This document shows, piece by piece, positions 19,481-28,424 of a DNA stretch of 64,000 bases. Position numbers and translations under genes: made by a program. The stretch spans positions 62,001 through 126,000 of IMG/VR virus record IMGVR_UViG_3300009177_000028. One strand, written 5' to 3'. The notes beneath the pieces were generated by a model. The model did no database searches and was not told where the DNA came from. It worked only from the letters and a program-made list of their open reading frames with translations. Position 1 is the first letter of the stretch, and each line of letters opens with the position of its first letter.

Positions 19481-20150
19481 TAACATCCCTCCTCGTAAGC
19501 TGAAGGAAGCTCTCTCTTCTATTGAGCAGAGTGAAGAGCCCTTGGAAAACAAACATGTTAAATTGATTGCTATCAATCGATATGCAGAGAGCAATATTCC
19601 AATTGAGTACTGGACTCTCAAAATGGAAAGGGATTTTAAGGGCGACTCTAGGTTACTAGCTAAGTACAGCGAGTATACTCAGGACATTAAAAACTCCTAC
19701 ATTACTGGATCTTCCATTTGTTTCGCTGGTGGCCATGGCCTTGGAAAAACCATGACAATAACCTGCATTTTAAAGAAAGCAAGTCAAAAGGGCTTTACCT
19801 GTCTATATACGACATTGAGCGATATAGTTAGTGTCCTGACGCAAGGTGGCGGGGAAGATAAGTTCTTGGCCCGTCGTGAGTTGGCGTTGGTTGATTTTCT
19901 AGCTATTGATGAATTCGATCCACGCTTCATGCCATCTGAGAATGCGGCTGACTTGTATGCTCGTAGCTTAGAGAGTGTCTTTAGAACTAGAAGTCAAAAC
20001 AAACTTCCCACCTTAATGGGAACGAACAGTCCCAACCCAATTGAAAGTTTCAGCGGCCCACTCAAGGCTAGTATTGATTCCTTAATGAAGGGTTACTTGA
20101 AAGTATTTTCGGTAGCGCCAGGTAAAGACTTTAGAAAGGAAAGGGCTTAA
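19443..20150 (+). CDS. dnaC: DnaC/IstB-like AAA+ helicase loader
   Basis: IPIEYW, Walker A GGHGLGKT, Walker B FLAIDEFD, FRTRSQNKLPTLMGTN; directly upstream of DnaB. Confidence 0.82.
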   Translation: MDTQDLVRSRALNNIPPRKLKEALSSIEQSEEPLENKHVKLIAINRYAESNIPIEYWTLKMERDFKGDSRLLAKYSEYTQDIKNSYITGSSICFAGGHGLGKTMTITCILKKASQKGFTCLYTTLSDIVSVLTQGGGEDKFLARRELALVDFLAIDEFDPRFMPSENAADLYARSLESVFRTRSQNKLPTLMGTNSPNPIESFSGPLKASIDSLMKGYLKVFSVAPGKDFRKERA

Positions 20151-21556
20151 TGAGCAACGATCTAGATTTAGTTATCCTAAAGACCCTGGTTACCAATAAG
20201 AAGCACGCGCTTGATTTTGCCAATGAGTGTGACACTAAACTTTTCTCCACTGAAACCTGGAACTTCGCTAATTTAGCCGTAGGTTACATCAGGACTTATA
20301 AAGAACTACCTACTCAAAGAGTAATGGTAGAGAAGCTATCTAAAGGTGGCAATGACAAACTAATTGATTACGTCAAAAAGGTTTGGGGTCAGCTTGATAC
20401 CGTCAACTATAATGATCGAGAATATAAGCACGACCTAGAGTTAATCAAGAAGCGCTTCGCTGAAAAGCAAATCTCTTCCATTAGAGACACCCTAACGAAG
20501 TTTGAACCCGGTTCGATGGATGTAACCAAAGCCATCGGAGAAATGCAGAAGACGGTTCAGTCTATTAAGTCTCTCAATCAAGTTAAGGCTTATGAGAGAA
20601 AGACGCTAAAAGAAGCCATTCCCATTTTTAGGGATGAATATAATGCTAAGATGGAAGACCCTCATTTCGATCAGGGTATCCGCACTGGCTACTCCTATTT
20701 TGATAACGTCACTGATGGTTGTCGACCAGGAGAATTGATTCTTATTGGCGGTGAGTCTGGAGCTGGTAAGTCCATGTTGCTTATGAACATGGCCGTTCAG
20801 ATGTGGTTACAAAACAACACTCTTGATATGACCGATAATTTTGGTCCCGGTCAAAGTGTCTTGTATTTCTCTTTGGAAATGCCATTCAAACCATGTTTGA
20901 ATCGCGTATTATCTAGACTGTCTGGTAATCCTTCCAAGAAGATTAGAAATGCCTCTTTGAATGTTGATGAGGCAGAGAAGCTAAAGAAGTCGCTTAGGTT
21001 TATCAAAAACTATCCTCACCAGTTTGAGATTGTAGATATTCCTCGTGGAGCTACCATGGAAAGCATGGAGCTTATTTTTGAGGAAGCTAAGGCTCATTAT
21101 GATCCTAAGATTATCGTTATCGACTATCTTGGTCTTATGAGTTACGAAGGTCCGGAAATGGACGACTGGTTGAAGCTGGGTAAGATTGCGGAGAAGATCC
21201 ACGAGTTCGCTCGTGTTCATGGTCTTATCGTTCTGAGCGCTATTCAGTTGAATCGTGGTAAGGGTGGCAAAGATGCTGAGGATAAGATTGGTCTTCACCG
21301 TATTGGTCGTTCCGCTCTAATTATGCAGAATGCTAACATTGGTATTCAGATTGAAACCCGTCCCAATGAGAAGTCCTACCCTGATATGTTTTACCACCTT
21401 ATCAAAAACCGTGACGGTGAATTGGGTAAGGGTAAGCTCATCAAAAATCTGGCTGCTGGTACCCTAATTGACGAAAAAGTTGAAGAAGACCCTACTACTT
21501 TTGAAATGAGAGATCCTGACGATATTTCGGCAAAGATTGAATTATTAGACATATAA
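20150..21556 (+). CDS. dnaB: Replicative DNA helicase DnaB-like
   Basis: GIRTGY, GGESGAGKS, FSLEM, IVIDYLGLM, AIQLNR, LIKNRDGELG. No intein seen. Confidence 0.92.
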   Translation: MSNDLDLVILKTLVTNKKHALDFANECDTKLFSTETWNFANLAVGYIRTYKELPTQRVMVEKLSKGGNDKLIDYVKKVWGQLDTVNYNDREYKHDLELIKKRFAEKQISSIRDTLTKFEPGSMDVTKAIGEMQKTVQSIKSLNQVKAYERKTLKEAIPIFRDEYNAKMEDPHFDQGIRTGYSYFDNVTDGCRPGELILIGGESGAGKSMLLMNMAVQMWLQNNTLDMTDNFGPGQSVLYFSLEMPFKPCLNRVLSRLSGNPSKKIRNASLNVDEAEKLKKSLRFIKNYPHQFEIVDIPRGATMESMELIFEEAKAHYDPKIIVIDYLGLMSYEGPEMDDWLKLGKIAEKIHEFARVHGLIVLSAIQLNRGKGGKDAEDKIGLHRIGRSALIMQNANIGIQIETRPNEKSYPDMFYHLIKNRDGELGKGKLIKNLAAGTLIDEKVEEDPTTFEMRDPDDISAKIELLDI

Positions 21557-21567
21557 TAGGGGCCAAA

Positions 21568-21744
21568 ATGCAGGACAAAGTAGTTGCCGAAGCTGTTAGA
21601 ATTGAATACGAGGAAAAGACGGGAAAACTGTATATTGTCTTCGAAGTAACAGATGAAAAATATAAACAAGATCTCAAAAAGAATTGGACTAAAGATATAG
21701 AATATCGACTAATTGATAAATCTTTAGTAGAGGCCAGTAAATGA
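21568..21744 (+). CDS. Small hypothetical protein (58 aa, not in ORF track)
   Basis: My translation: MQDKVVAEAVRIEYEEKTGKLYIVFEVTDEKYKQDLKKNWTKDIEYRLIDKSLVEASK. It fills the gap after dnaB and its stop overlaps the next ATG (ATGA). Confidence 0.65.
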   Translation: MQDKVVAEAVRIEYEEKTGKLYIVFEVTDEKYKQDLKKNWTKDIEYRLIDKSLVEASK

Positions 21745-21992
21745 ACCACGATTTTATTATAATTACATCTAGTGGTCAGATCTGCCAACGTCAAGATATA
21801 CTAACAGTCCAGGCTCAGGGAGCTACCGGGAACGCAAGTTGTGGCGGAGCTTTATCCTTGTATTCTGGAACTGGTAATTCTAAAAATTCACTTTGCAAGG
21901 TTTCTAGAATAAGGAAAAGGAAATGCCAACTTACGAACATCGTTGTGACACCTGTAAGCATGAATGGGAAGATAGCTACTCCATCAAAGTAG
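21741..21992 (+). CDS. Short ORF carrying a fibre-like motif (possible remnant)
   Basis: ATGA-coupled. LTVQAQGATGNASCGGALSLYSGTG resembles LTLKSQGAVGVGGNLILQSGTG in the 30516 fibre. It overlaps the next gene by 70 nt. Confidence 0.35.
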   Translation: MNHDFIIITSSGQICQRQDILTVQAQGATGNASCGGALSLYSGTGNSKNSLCKVSRIRKRKCQLTNIVVTPVSMNGKIATPSK

Positions 21993-22234
21993 ATCCTCCT
22001 AAGGCTTGCCCAGAATGTCAGGCTGAGACTGTTACCAGATTAATTTCTTTAGGCGGTAAAGGCGTCGTAGAACTAACTGGTCAAGACCTGATTGATAAGG
22101 TCAAGTCTGACGCTAATAAGCTAAAGAAAGATGCTGCTGCCAAAGAAAAAGTCTATGCCAATTTGTTGGGAGAGCAGAAGTATCAAGACTTGCAAACTAG
22201 AATGGATAAGCAGAAGCGCGAGAAACGTAGATGA
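21923..22234 (+). CDS. FmdB-family zinc-ribbon protein
   Basis: MPTYEHRCDTC...CPECQAETVTRLIS, with a good RBS. Confidence 0.8.
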   Translation: MPTYEHRCDTCKHEWEDSYSIKVDPPKACPECQAETVTRLISLGGKGVVELTGQDLIDKVKSDANKLKKDAAAKEKVYANLLGEQKYQDLQTRMDKQKREKRR

Positions 22235-22449
22235 GTGAAGCTACTTTAAACGCAAGGCTACTAATAGCTAACCACACCCTAAAGGTTCTTCTTTCTCAAA
22301 TTAGTCAAATTGAGGCTGACCAAAAAATGTCATCAAATGAAAAACTTTCTCAAATTAAAAAGATTAGAGAAGAAATTACAAAAGTTGGCACAGAAATTGA
22401 CAGCATAAAAAGAGAATTTACATTACTTAATTCCTATAGCATTAATTAA
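22231..22449 (+). CDS. Small coiled-coil hypothetical protein
   Basis: ATGA-coupled, heptad-like 72 aa. Confidence 0.55.
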   Translation: MSEATLNARLLIANHTLKVLLSQISQIEADQKMSSNEKLSQIKKIREEITKVGTEIDSIKREFTLLNSYSIN

Positions 22450-22457
22450 GGATAATT

Positions 22458-22649
22458 ATGCCAACCTACACCTATCGATGTGAAGTGCACGGAGAATTTG
22501 AGGAAGTGCACTCCATAAAAGAGCAATTAGAAGAATGCCCTAAGTGCCAAGAAGAAGGCAAAGAACCACAAAAAGTGACTAGACTCATTTCAGGTGGCGG
22601 CGGCTTTATTCTTCAGGGGTCTGGTTGGGCCCGCGACAATTACAGTTGA
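22458..22649 (+). CDS. FmdB-family zinc-ribbon protein (second copy)
   Basis: MPTYTYRCEVH...CPKC...RLISGGGGFILQGSGWARDNY. Confidence 0.82.
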   Translation: MPTYTYRCEVHGEFEEVHSIKEQLEECPKCQEEGKEPQKVTRLISGGGGFILQGSGWARDNYS

Positions 22650-22653
22650 TGCC

Positions 22654-22809
22654 ATGCCGAAAAAAACTAAAAGTAACGATGGTCGAAAACAGAAACTCAT
22701 CCAAGTGGTTGAGTTGTTGAAATTCGTTCTCACTTTAGATGACGAAGAGATTATGAAGTCCACAATCGAGTCTGTAATCGAACTTTTAGAAGAAGAAAAC
22801 GGTAAATGA
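22654..22809 (+). CDS. Small hypothetical protein
   Basis: The ATG at 22654 (MPKKTKS...) avoids overlap with the upstream Zn ribbon; 51 aa, helical. Confidence 0.5.
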   Translation: MPKKTKSNDGRKQKLIQVVELLKFVLTLDDEEIMKSTIESVIELLEEENGK

Positions 22810-22902
22810 ATTCACTGCTTTGCATTGTTATGAATCTATATTTGTGTCATCGTATCAATAATACAGTATTGTAAATACTTTCGACTTTAAGTGAGAAAAA
22901 GC

Positions 22903-23532
22903 ATGTTGACAGAACAAGAAGCGCAAGACCTTATGACCAAATTGATCGACCTCAGAGGACAAGTAAAAGAGTCTGGGGATCCAAAGATCACCACCGAGTT
23001 GAAGAAGCACGAAAAGATTTGCATGGAGAAATTCCGTTATTTGGTAACCATGAAGACTGGTCGTTACAAGGCTTTCAGCAATTACGATGATTTGAATCAA
23101 GAGGGATTCGAAGCCTTAGTGAAGGCAATGAATAACTACAACCCAAAGAAGGGATCTTTCTTTTGGTGGGCACACAAGTATATTGACACTCGCATTTCTC
23201 GAAGTGCCAATCTACACACCACCATTAGATATCCATTGAAGGTTGCTAAGAATAACACTCCACACAAGGAGTCTGTTATGCCTTTGCTAATTGAAGAGAG
23301 ATACTGCCCAGATAAGGAGCTTGAGGAAGTTCAATCTACCCAAGCAATCTATGATGCAGTGTCACTTCTTTCTAAGGAACAAAAAGAAGTAATCAATCTA
23401 GCATTTGGATTTGACGGCGACAAGCCAATGTCCATCAACAAGATATGTAAGAAACTCAGCATATCGCGATTAAGCTGTATTAAGACTATCAACAGCGCTC
23501 TTTCCACTATGAAAGAGAACATCAAAATATAA
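22903..23532 (+). CDS. RNA polymerase sigma-70-family sigma factor
   Basis: Region 2 YDDLNQEGFEALVKAMNNYNPKKGSFFWWA and region 4 HTH LSKEQKEVINLAFG...MSINKICKKLSISR. The track start is GTG 22891; an ATG lies at 22903. Confidence 0.88.
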   Translation: MLTEQEAQDLMTKLIDLRGQVKESGDPKITTELKKHEKICMEKFRYLVTMKTGRYKAFSNYDDLNQEGFEALVKAMNNYNPKKGSFFWWAHKYIDTRISRSANLHTTIRYPLKVAKNNTPHKESVMPLLIEERYCPDKELEEVQSTQAIYDAVSLLSKEQKEVINLAFGFDGDKPMSINKICKKLSISRLSCIKTINSALSTMKENIKI

Positions 23533-23553
23533 CCACTATCGTATGTAGTGGTT
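23531..23553 (+). terminator. Perfect 8-bp hairpin/palindrome between sigma gene and RNR (terminator or operator)
   Basis: AACCACTA-TCGTATG-TAGTGGTT at the sigma stop codon, with only a weak U-tract. Confidence 0.35.
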
Positions 23554-23594
23554 TCTAACGGATTTATTAACTTAATTCTCGTAAAGGACGAATT

Positions 23595-26114
23595 ATGCAG
23601 GGATACACTTATTCTCAGGTTTTAGAAGCATCAACAGAGTATTTTCAAGGTGACGAATTTGCAGCAAAAGTTTTTGTTGACAAATATGCTTTGCAGGACT
23701 CGAAGGGTGTATTCTTGGAGTTAACTCCGACAGATATGCATCATCGTTTGGCAAAGGAATTTGCCCGCATTGAGGCAAAGTATCCCAATCCACTAAGTGA
23801 GGAAACGATCTTTTCCCTGATTGATCGTTTTCGGTTTATTGTTCCGCAAGGCAGCCCTATGTCTGCTATTGGGAATAAATACCAACTTCAAAGTCTCTCC
23901 AATTGCTTTGTCATTCAAGGCGTTCATACAGATAAGCTAGACTCCTACGGTGGAATCATGCTTGCTGATCAAGAACTTGCCCAAATCATGAAGCGTCGTG
24001 GAGGCTGCGGCCTTGATATCTCTGGTATCCGACCTAAAGACGTACTTACTAATAATGCCGCCAGGACTACTGACGGCATTGCTGTTTTCATGGAACGATT
24101 TAGTAATACTTGTCGTGAAGTAGCTCAGAATGGTCGTAGAGGTGCAGAAATGCAAACCATTGATGCGAATCATCCCGAAGTAGAAACCTTCATCAATATT
24201 AAACGTGACCTAAAGAAAGTTACTGGAGCAAACATATCCCTCAAGCTTAGCGATGAGTTTATGAAGGCAGTTAAAAAGGGCGCAGACTATGATCTACGCT
24301 GGCCAGTTGATAAGCCTCCCGCTGAGGCGAAGGTCACGAAAAGAGTTAATGCAAAAGCTATTTGGGATCAAATCATTGAATCTGCTTGGGCATCTGCTGA
24401 ACCAGGACTTCTCTTTTGGGATACTGTGCGCAGCCAAACCCCTTCTGATATCTATGCTGCATTTGGTCACAAATCAATTTCTACAAATCCATGTGGGGAG
24501 ATTGTTCTTCCAGCCTACGATGCTTGCCGCCTATTGGTTTTGAATCTCTCATCTTATGTCAAAGAACCATTTACCAAGAAGGCTTCATTTGATTTTAAGA
24601 AATTCTCCGAGCATACCATCATAGCTCAGAGGCTAATGGATGACATCATCGATTTAGAGCTAGAGTGCATTGATAGAATTATGGCCAAGATTGAGGCCGA
24701 CCCCGAGCCAATCGAAGCTAAGCGGGTAGAGATTAATCTATGGACTAAGATTCGTGAAATGAATATCAGTGGTCGTAGAACCGGCCTTGGTATTACTGCC
24801 TTAGGCGACACTCTTGCTATGCTTGGAATTAAGTATGGTTCTAAAGAGTCTATTGGAATGACCTATAAGATCTATCGTGCGTTGGCCGTTGGCTCTCACA
24901 CGTCTTCTTGCATTATGGCCAAAGAACGCGGTGCCTTTCCCATCTTCGATTACAAGCTAGAAAAAGATCATGAATACCTCAATAGTATTTTTGAAGATTG
25001 TGGTAATGAAGTCAAGCGGATGTGGAAGAAGCATGGCAGAAGAAACATTGCCAATACTACCACTGCTCCAGCAGGATCAGTTTCTGCATTGACTCAAACT
25101 ACTTCCGGCATTGAGCCAGTCTTCATGCTTTCGTATGTTCGTCGTAAGAAGCACAATCCATCTGACAAGAATGCTCGCGTTGACTTTGTTGATGCAATGG
25201 GAGATTCCTGGCAAGAGTTTACTGTTTACCATCATGGCGTCAAGAGATGGATGGATGCAACTGGTGAAACTGATTTAAAGCTTTCTCCATATTGGGGAGC
25301 TACATCTGGTGAAATTGATTGGGTAGCCTCAGTTGATATTCAGGCTGCTGCACAAAAGTCTATTGATCATAGTATTAGCAAGACGTGTAATTTGCCAGAA
25401 GATGCAACCAAAGACATGGTCTCTCAGGTTTACATGAGAGCATGGGAATCAGGCTGCAAGGGCTTTACCGTTTATCGTGATAAATGTCGTGACGGTGTAT
25501 TGATTAGTTCAAGCGAATCAAAAAAGAAGAGCACTGAAGACGGCCGCCCTGCTGAGATTGAAATTGTCATGGCGCCCAAACGTCCCACTGAACTTCCTTG
25601 CGAAATTAAAAAGGTCAAAATTAATGGTGAAGCTTGGACTATCTTTGTGGGTATGTTCAATGGCAAACCATATGAAGTCTTCGGTGGACTATCCAAGTAC
25701 GTAGATATTCCAAATAAATTCAAGATGGGTAAAATTGCTAAGAATGGAAAAGTAGACGGCCTTACCACTTATAATTTAAAAATTGGTGAAGGTGAAGATG
25801 AAATGACCATCAAAGATATTGCTAATGTTTTCGAGAACGCAAACTTTGGCGCATTCACCCGTACTATTTCTTTGGCCTTGCGTCATGGGACTCCGGTTCA
25901 ATATGTAGCCGAACAATTACTTAAAGACAAACATTCTGATGTTACTTCTTTTTCTAAAGTAGTCGCCAGGGTTTTAAAGCAATATATTCAAGATGGAACT
26001 AAAACAACTATGGAAAGGAAATGCCCTAATCCAGAATGTCCTAATCCAATAAATTCTTTTATTTACGAGGAAAAGTGCATTAAATGCGTAAGTTGTGGTT
26101 GGAGCAAATGCTAA
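23595..26114 (+). CDS. nrdJ: Class II (adenosylcobalamin-dependent) ribonucleotide reductase with C-terminal Zn ribbon
   Basis: PQGSPM, LSNCFV, RRGAEM, TNPCGEI, RRTGLG, TTAPAGSVS, SGIEPVF, GCKGFTVYRDKCR, terminal CPNPEC...CVSC. No intein, and no adjacent beta subunit. Confidence 0.9.
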   Translation: MQGYTYSQVLEASTEYFQGDEFAAKVFVDKYALQDSKGVFLELTPTDMHHRLAKEFARIEAKYPNPLSEETIFSLIDRFRFIVPQGSPMSAIGNKYQLQSLSNCFVIQGVHTDKLDSYGGIMLADQELAQIMKRRGGCGLDISGIRPKDVLTNNAARTTDGIAVFMERFSNTCREVAQNGRRGAEMQTIDANHPEVETFINIKRDLKKVTGANISLKLSDEFMKAVKKGADYDLRWPVDKPPAEAKVTKRVNAKAIWDQIIESAWASAEPGLLFWDTVRSQTPSDIYAAFGHKSISTNPCGEIVLPAYDACRLLVLNLSSYVKEPFTKKASFDFKKFSEHTIIAQRLMDDIIDLELECIDRIMAKIEADPEPIEAKRVEINLWTKIREMNISGRRTGLGITALGDTLAMLGIKYGSKESIGMTYKIYRALAVGSHTSSCIMAKERGAFPIFDYKLEKDHEYLNSIFEDCGNEVKRMWKKHGRRNIANTTTAPAGSVSALTQTTSGIEPVFMLSYVRRKKHNPSDKNARVDFVDAMGDSWQEFTVYHHGVKRWMDATGETDLKLSPYWGATSGEIDWVASVDIQAAAQKSIDHSISKTCNLPEDATKDMVSQVYMRAWESGCKGFTVYRDKCRDGVLISSSESKKKSTEDGRPAEIEIVMAPKRPTELPCEIKKVKINGEAWTIFVGMFNGKPYEVFGGLSKYVDIPNKFKMGKIAKNGKVDGLTTYNLKIGEGEDEMTIKDIANVFENANFGAFTRTISLALRHGTPVQYVAEQLLKDKHSDVTSFSKVVARVLKQYIQDGTKTTMERKCPNPECPNPINSFIYEEKCIKCVSCGWSKC

Positions 26115-26115
26115 T

Positions 26116-26132
26116 TACTAATTAAGTAGCAT
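26116..26132 (+). promoter_or_regulatory. Candidate phage late promoter
   Basis: TACTAA-TTAAGT-AGCAT just after the nrdJ stop. Confidence 0.45.
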
Positions 26133-26142
26133 TAATTTGGAA

Positions 26143-26520
26143 ATGAAAGCCACAATACTTCTCAATCACAGTGAGAACACCAGGCGAGTGGAGGATGAGG
26201 AAAAAACTCGTTTTCTACGTAATATTCTTGAGCTAATGGGTGTGCCCATTCAAGAATTTTGGCCTTCGGATGAGCCCTTATCTGTTGAACAAAGAATAAA
26301 ATTGAGAAACATCCTAGCTACTTACAGTGTCCAGGTTATAGATGACTTGGACGGCCATATGCAAGTGTATGTGGAAAACGAAAAAGTGGCCGAGTGGTTT
26401 AAGTGTACCTATAAACTCAAAAGGGATCTACGTGAATTAGATCCAAGGAAACAATTGTACCTTGAAATGGAAGTTAATTGTTGGTCCCTTTTCGAAGAAG
26501 CAGAACAAGAGACAGAATGA
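26143..26520 (+). CDS. Hypothetical protein
   Basis: The track start is TTG 26137; an ATG lies at 26143. ATGA-coupled to phoH. Confidence 0.6.
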   Translation: MKATILLNHSENTRRVEDEEKTRFLRNILELMGVPIQEFWPSDEPLSVEQRIKLRNILATYSVQVIDDLDGHMQVYVENEKVAEWFKCTYKLKRDLRELDPRKQLYLEMEVNCWSLFEEAEQETE

Positions 26521-27827
26521 GAAAAACCTACGTATTCGACACATCTACTTTAATTTATGACCCATGTGCCTGGAAACAGTTTCCAAATAGTGATGTAGTT
26601 ATTCCAATTGCCGTTCTTAATGAATTAGATAAATTAAAGAAGCAATCTGGTGAAGCCGGCCGAAATGCTAGAGTATGTGTTAGATTGTTAGACGAGCTTA
26701 GCGATAAACTAGATATTACTACAGGCGTAGTTGTAGATAATGATACACTAGTAAAGATTGACGCTACCTATCGTGATATGAGCGAACCAGCTTATGCAGG
26801 GTTTGGTGATCCAGAATATGGTGATACTCAAATTCTAGGCTGTGCCCTTGCTAACTGGCAAGAACACCCAGATCATGACGTTACGCTAGTTAGCAATGAC
26901 ATCAATCTGCGTGTTAAAGCCAAGTCTAGGGGTATGGATGCCGCTCCACATGATGGTCAGCGCTATTCCCTTAGCGACCTATATGCTGGTCTTCAAGTTA
27001 TTGAACATGAAGAGGCTGGTCTTGATTTACTACAACTTGGCTACATAGACCCAAGAGGCTACGGATTCAAGCTTAACCCAAATGAATGTGTTTTGTTTGA
27101 AGACTCTGGTGGTAATGGTGTAGCTATGGGACGTTTGGTCGCCCCTGATAAATTGAAGCTGCTTAGAAAAGTTTACCCTTGGGGTATCTCAAGCCGTAAC
27201 AAGGAACAGGCTTTTGCTATGGACCTTATCATGGATAAGAATGTTGACTTGGTTACTTTAATTGGTCGAGCTGGAACCGGTAAGAGTTTAATTGTATTAG
27301 CTGCTGCTCTTGAACTAGTTATCAGTAAAAGAGAATATGAGAAATTCATTATCTATAGACCAATTCAACCAGTAGGAAATGATATTGGATATCTTCCAGG
27401 AACAATGGAAGAGAAGCTAGCCCCATGGTTCCAAGCTATTATGGATAATTTTGAACTCCTATTTGGTAACAAAGTAGGTGGAGACTGGAAACGTGATTTA
27501 GAAATGTTCCAAAAGAAGGGACGAATTGAAATGGAAGCTATTACCTATATTAGAGGTAGAAGTATTCCAAATGCAATTATTCTAATTGACGAATGCCAGA
27601 ACCTATCAAAAGAAGAGGTTAAAACCATCCTAACTCGTGCTGGTGAAAACACTAAAATTATCTTGACTGGTGATATAGAGCAAATCGACAATTCTTTATT
27701 GGATGCAACCAGTAACGGATTAACGCATGTAATTGAAAAATTTAAAGACTCAGAACTGGCAGGTCATATTACCTTTACCCAGGGCGAGCGCAGTAAGCTA
27801 GCCTCTAAAGCAGCCGAAATTTTGTAA
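26517..27827 (+). CDS. phoH: PIN-domain + PhoH-like ATPase (PhoH2/YlaK type)
   Basis: PIN: YVFDTSTLIYDP, VLNELDKLK, DTQIL, LVSNDINLRVKA. PhoH: GRAGTGKS, IGYLPG, YIRGRS, IDECQN, TRAGENTK, GDIEQID. Confidence 0.92.
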   Translation: MRKTYVFDTSTLIYDPCAWKQFPNSDVVIPIAVLNELDKLKKQSGEAGRNARVCVRLLDELSDKLDITTGVVVDNDTLVKIDATYRDMSEPAYAGFGDPEYGDTQILGCALANWQEHPDHDVTLVSNDINLRVKAKSRGMDAAPHDGQRYSLSDLYAGLQVIEHEEAGLDLLQLGYIDPRGYGFKLNPNECVLFEDSGGNGVAMGRLVAPDKLKLLRKVYPWGISSRNKEQAFAMDLIMDKNVDLVTLIGRAGTGKSLIVLAAALELVISKREYEKFIIYRPIQPVGNDIGYLPGTMEEKLAPWFQAIMDNFELLFGNKVGGDWKRDLEMFQKKGRIEMEAITYIRGRSIPNAIILIDECQNLSKEEVKTILTRAGENTKIILTGDIEQIDNSLLDATSNGLTHVIEKFKDSELAGHITFTQGERSKLASKAAEIL

Positions 27828-27836
27828 GGAGTTTCT

Positions 27837-28151
27837 ATGAGCAAAGTTAAAGAACTTAAGGAAGTTAAAGAAGTTAGTGCACCAGTAGCTGTCGAAGTCC
27901 CAGCGCCTCCAGCTCCATCAGCTAAGCTATTAGATGTAGATAGAATGGCTTTGGAGTTAGCTAAGTCCAAGAGACAAACCGCTTTGGCAGAAGCTAAGAC
28001 CGCCTTGGCCAATAACGAAAATGCTGAACTTGCCTATAAGTATGTTGTTCTTCAGCTATACATGAAGTACGGCCTAACTGAGCGTGATGCAATTAGCGAG
28101 GCTGGAGACATCATCAAGGATGGTGCCGTTCAACAGCCACCGAGCCAATAA
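27837..28151 (+). CDS. Hypothetical coiled-coil protein
   Basis: AGGAG RBS and an Ala-rich helix. Confidence 0.6.
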   Translation: MSKVKELKEVKEVSAPVAVEVPAPPAPSAKLLDVDRMALELAKSKRQTALAEAKTALANNENAELAYKYVVLQLYMKYGLTERDAISEAGDIIKDGAVQQPPSQ

Positions 28152-28402
28152 TGGATTTAAAAGAATTAGTTGATCTCATTACTATCAGGCAGTATGTAGT
28201 TAATTCAACTGCTAATCCTGCTATTGATAGAGCAACCGTTAATTATATGAACGGGGCACTTCTAATGATCGATAGAAAGATTGTTGGTTTGTTGCAAAGC
28301 GATGAGTTCAAAGATTACATTGAATATCAGGATGTAAAAAAGGCTATACAAGATGTAGCCCGTTTAACTGATATTAAATCCGGAATTCGACACAAACTAT
28401 AA
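28151..28402 (+). CDS. Hypothetical protein
   Basis: Stop/start-coupled (TAATG) in the operon. Confidence 0.6.
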   Translation: MDLKELVDLITIRQYVVNSTANPAIDRATVNYMNGALLMIDRKIVGLLQSDEFKDYIEYQDVKKAIQDVARLTDIKSGIRHKL

Positions 28403-28424
28403 TTCCTCATTAAGGGTAAGTAAA

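Noticed and set aside
23531-23553. NrdR box upstream of nrdJ
   Set aside because: The palindrome has a 7-nt centre, whereas the NrdR box consensus (acaCwAtATaTwGtgt) has arms separated by 4 nt. I kept it only as a hairpin.
20150-26114. Inteins or introns in DnaB, RNR or the helicase
   Set aside because: Lengths are normal, catalytic motifs are contiguous, and no intein or homing-endonuclease motifs were seen.
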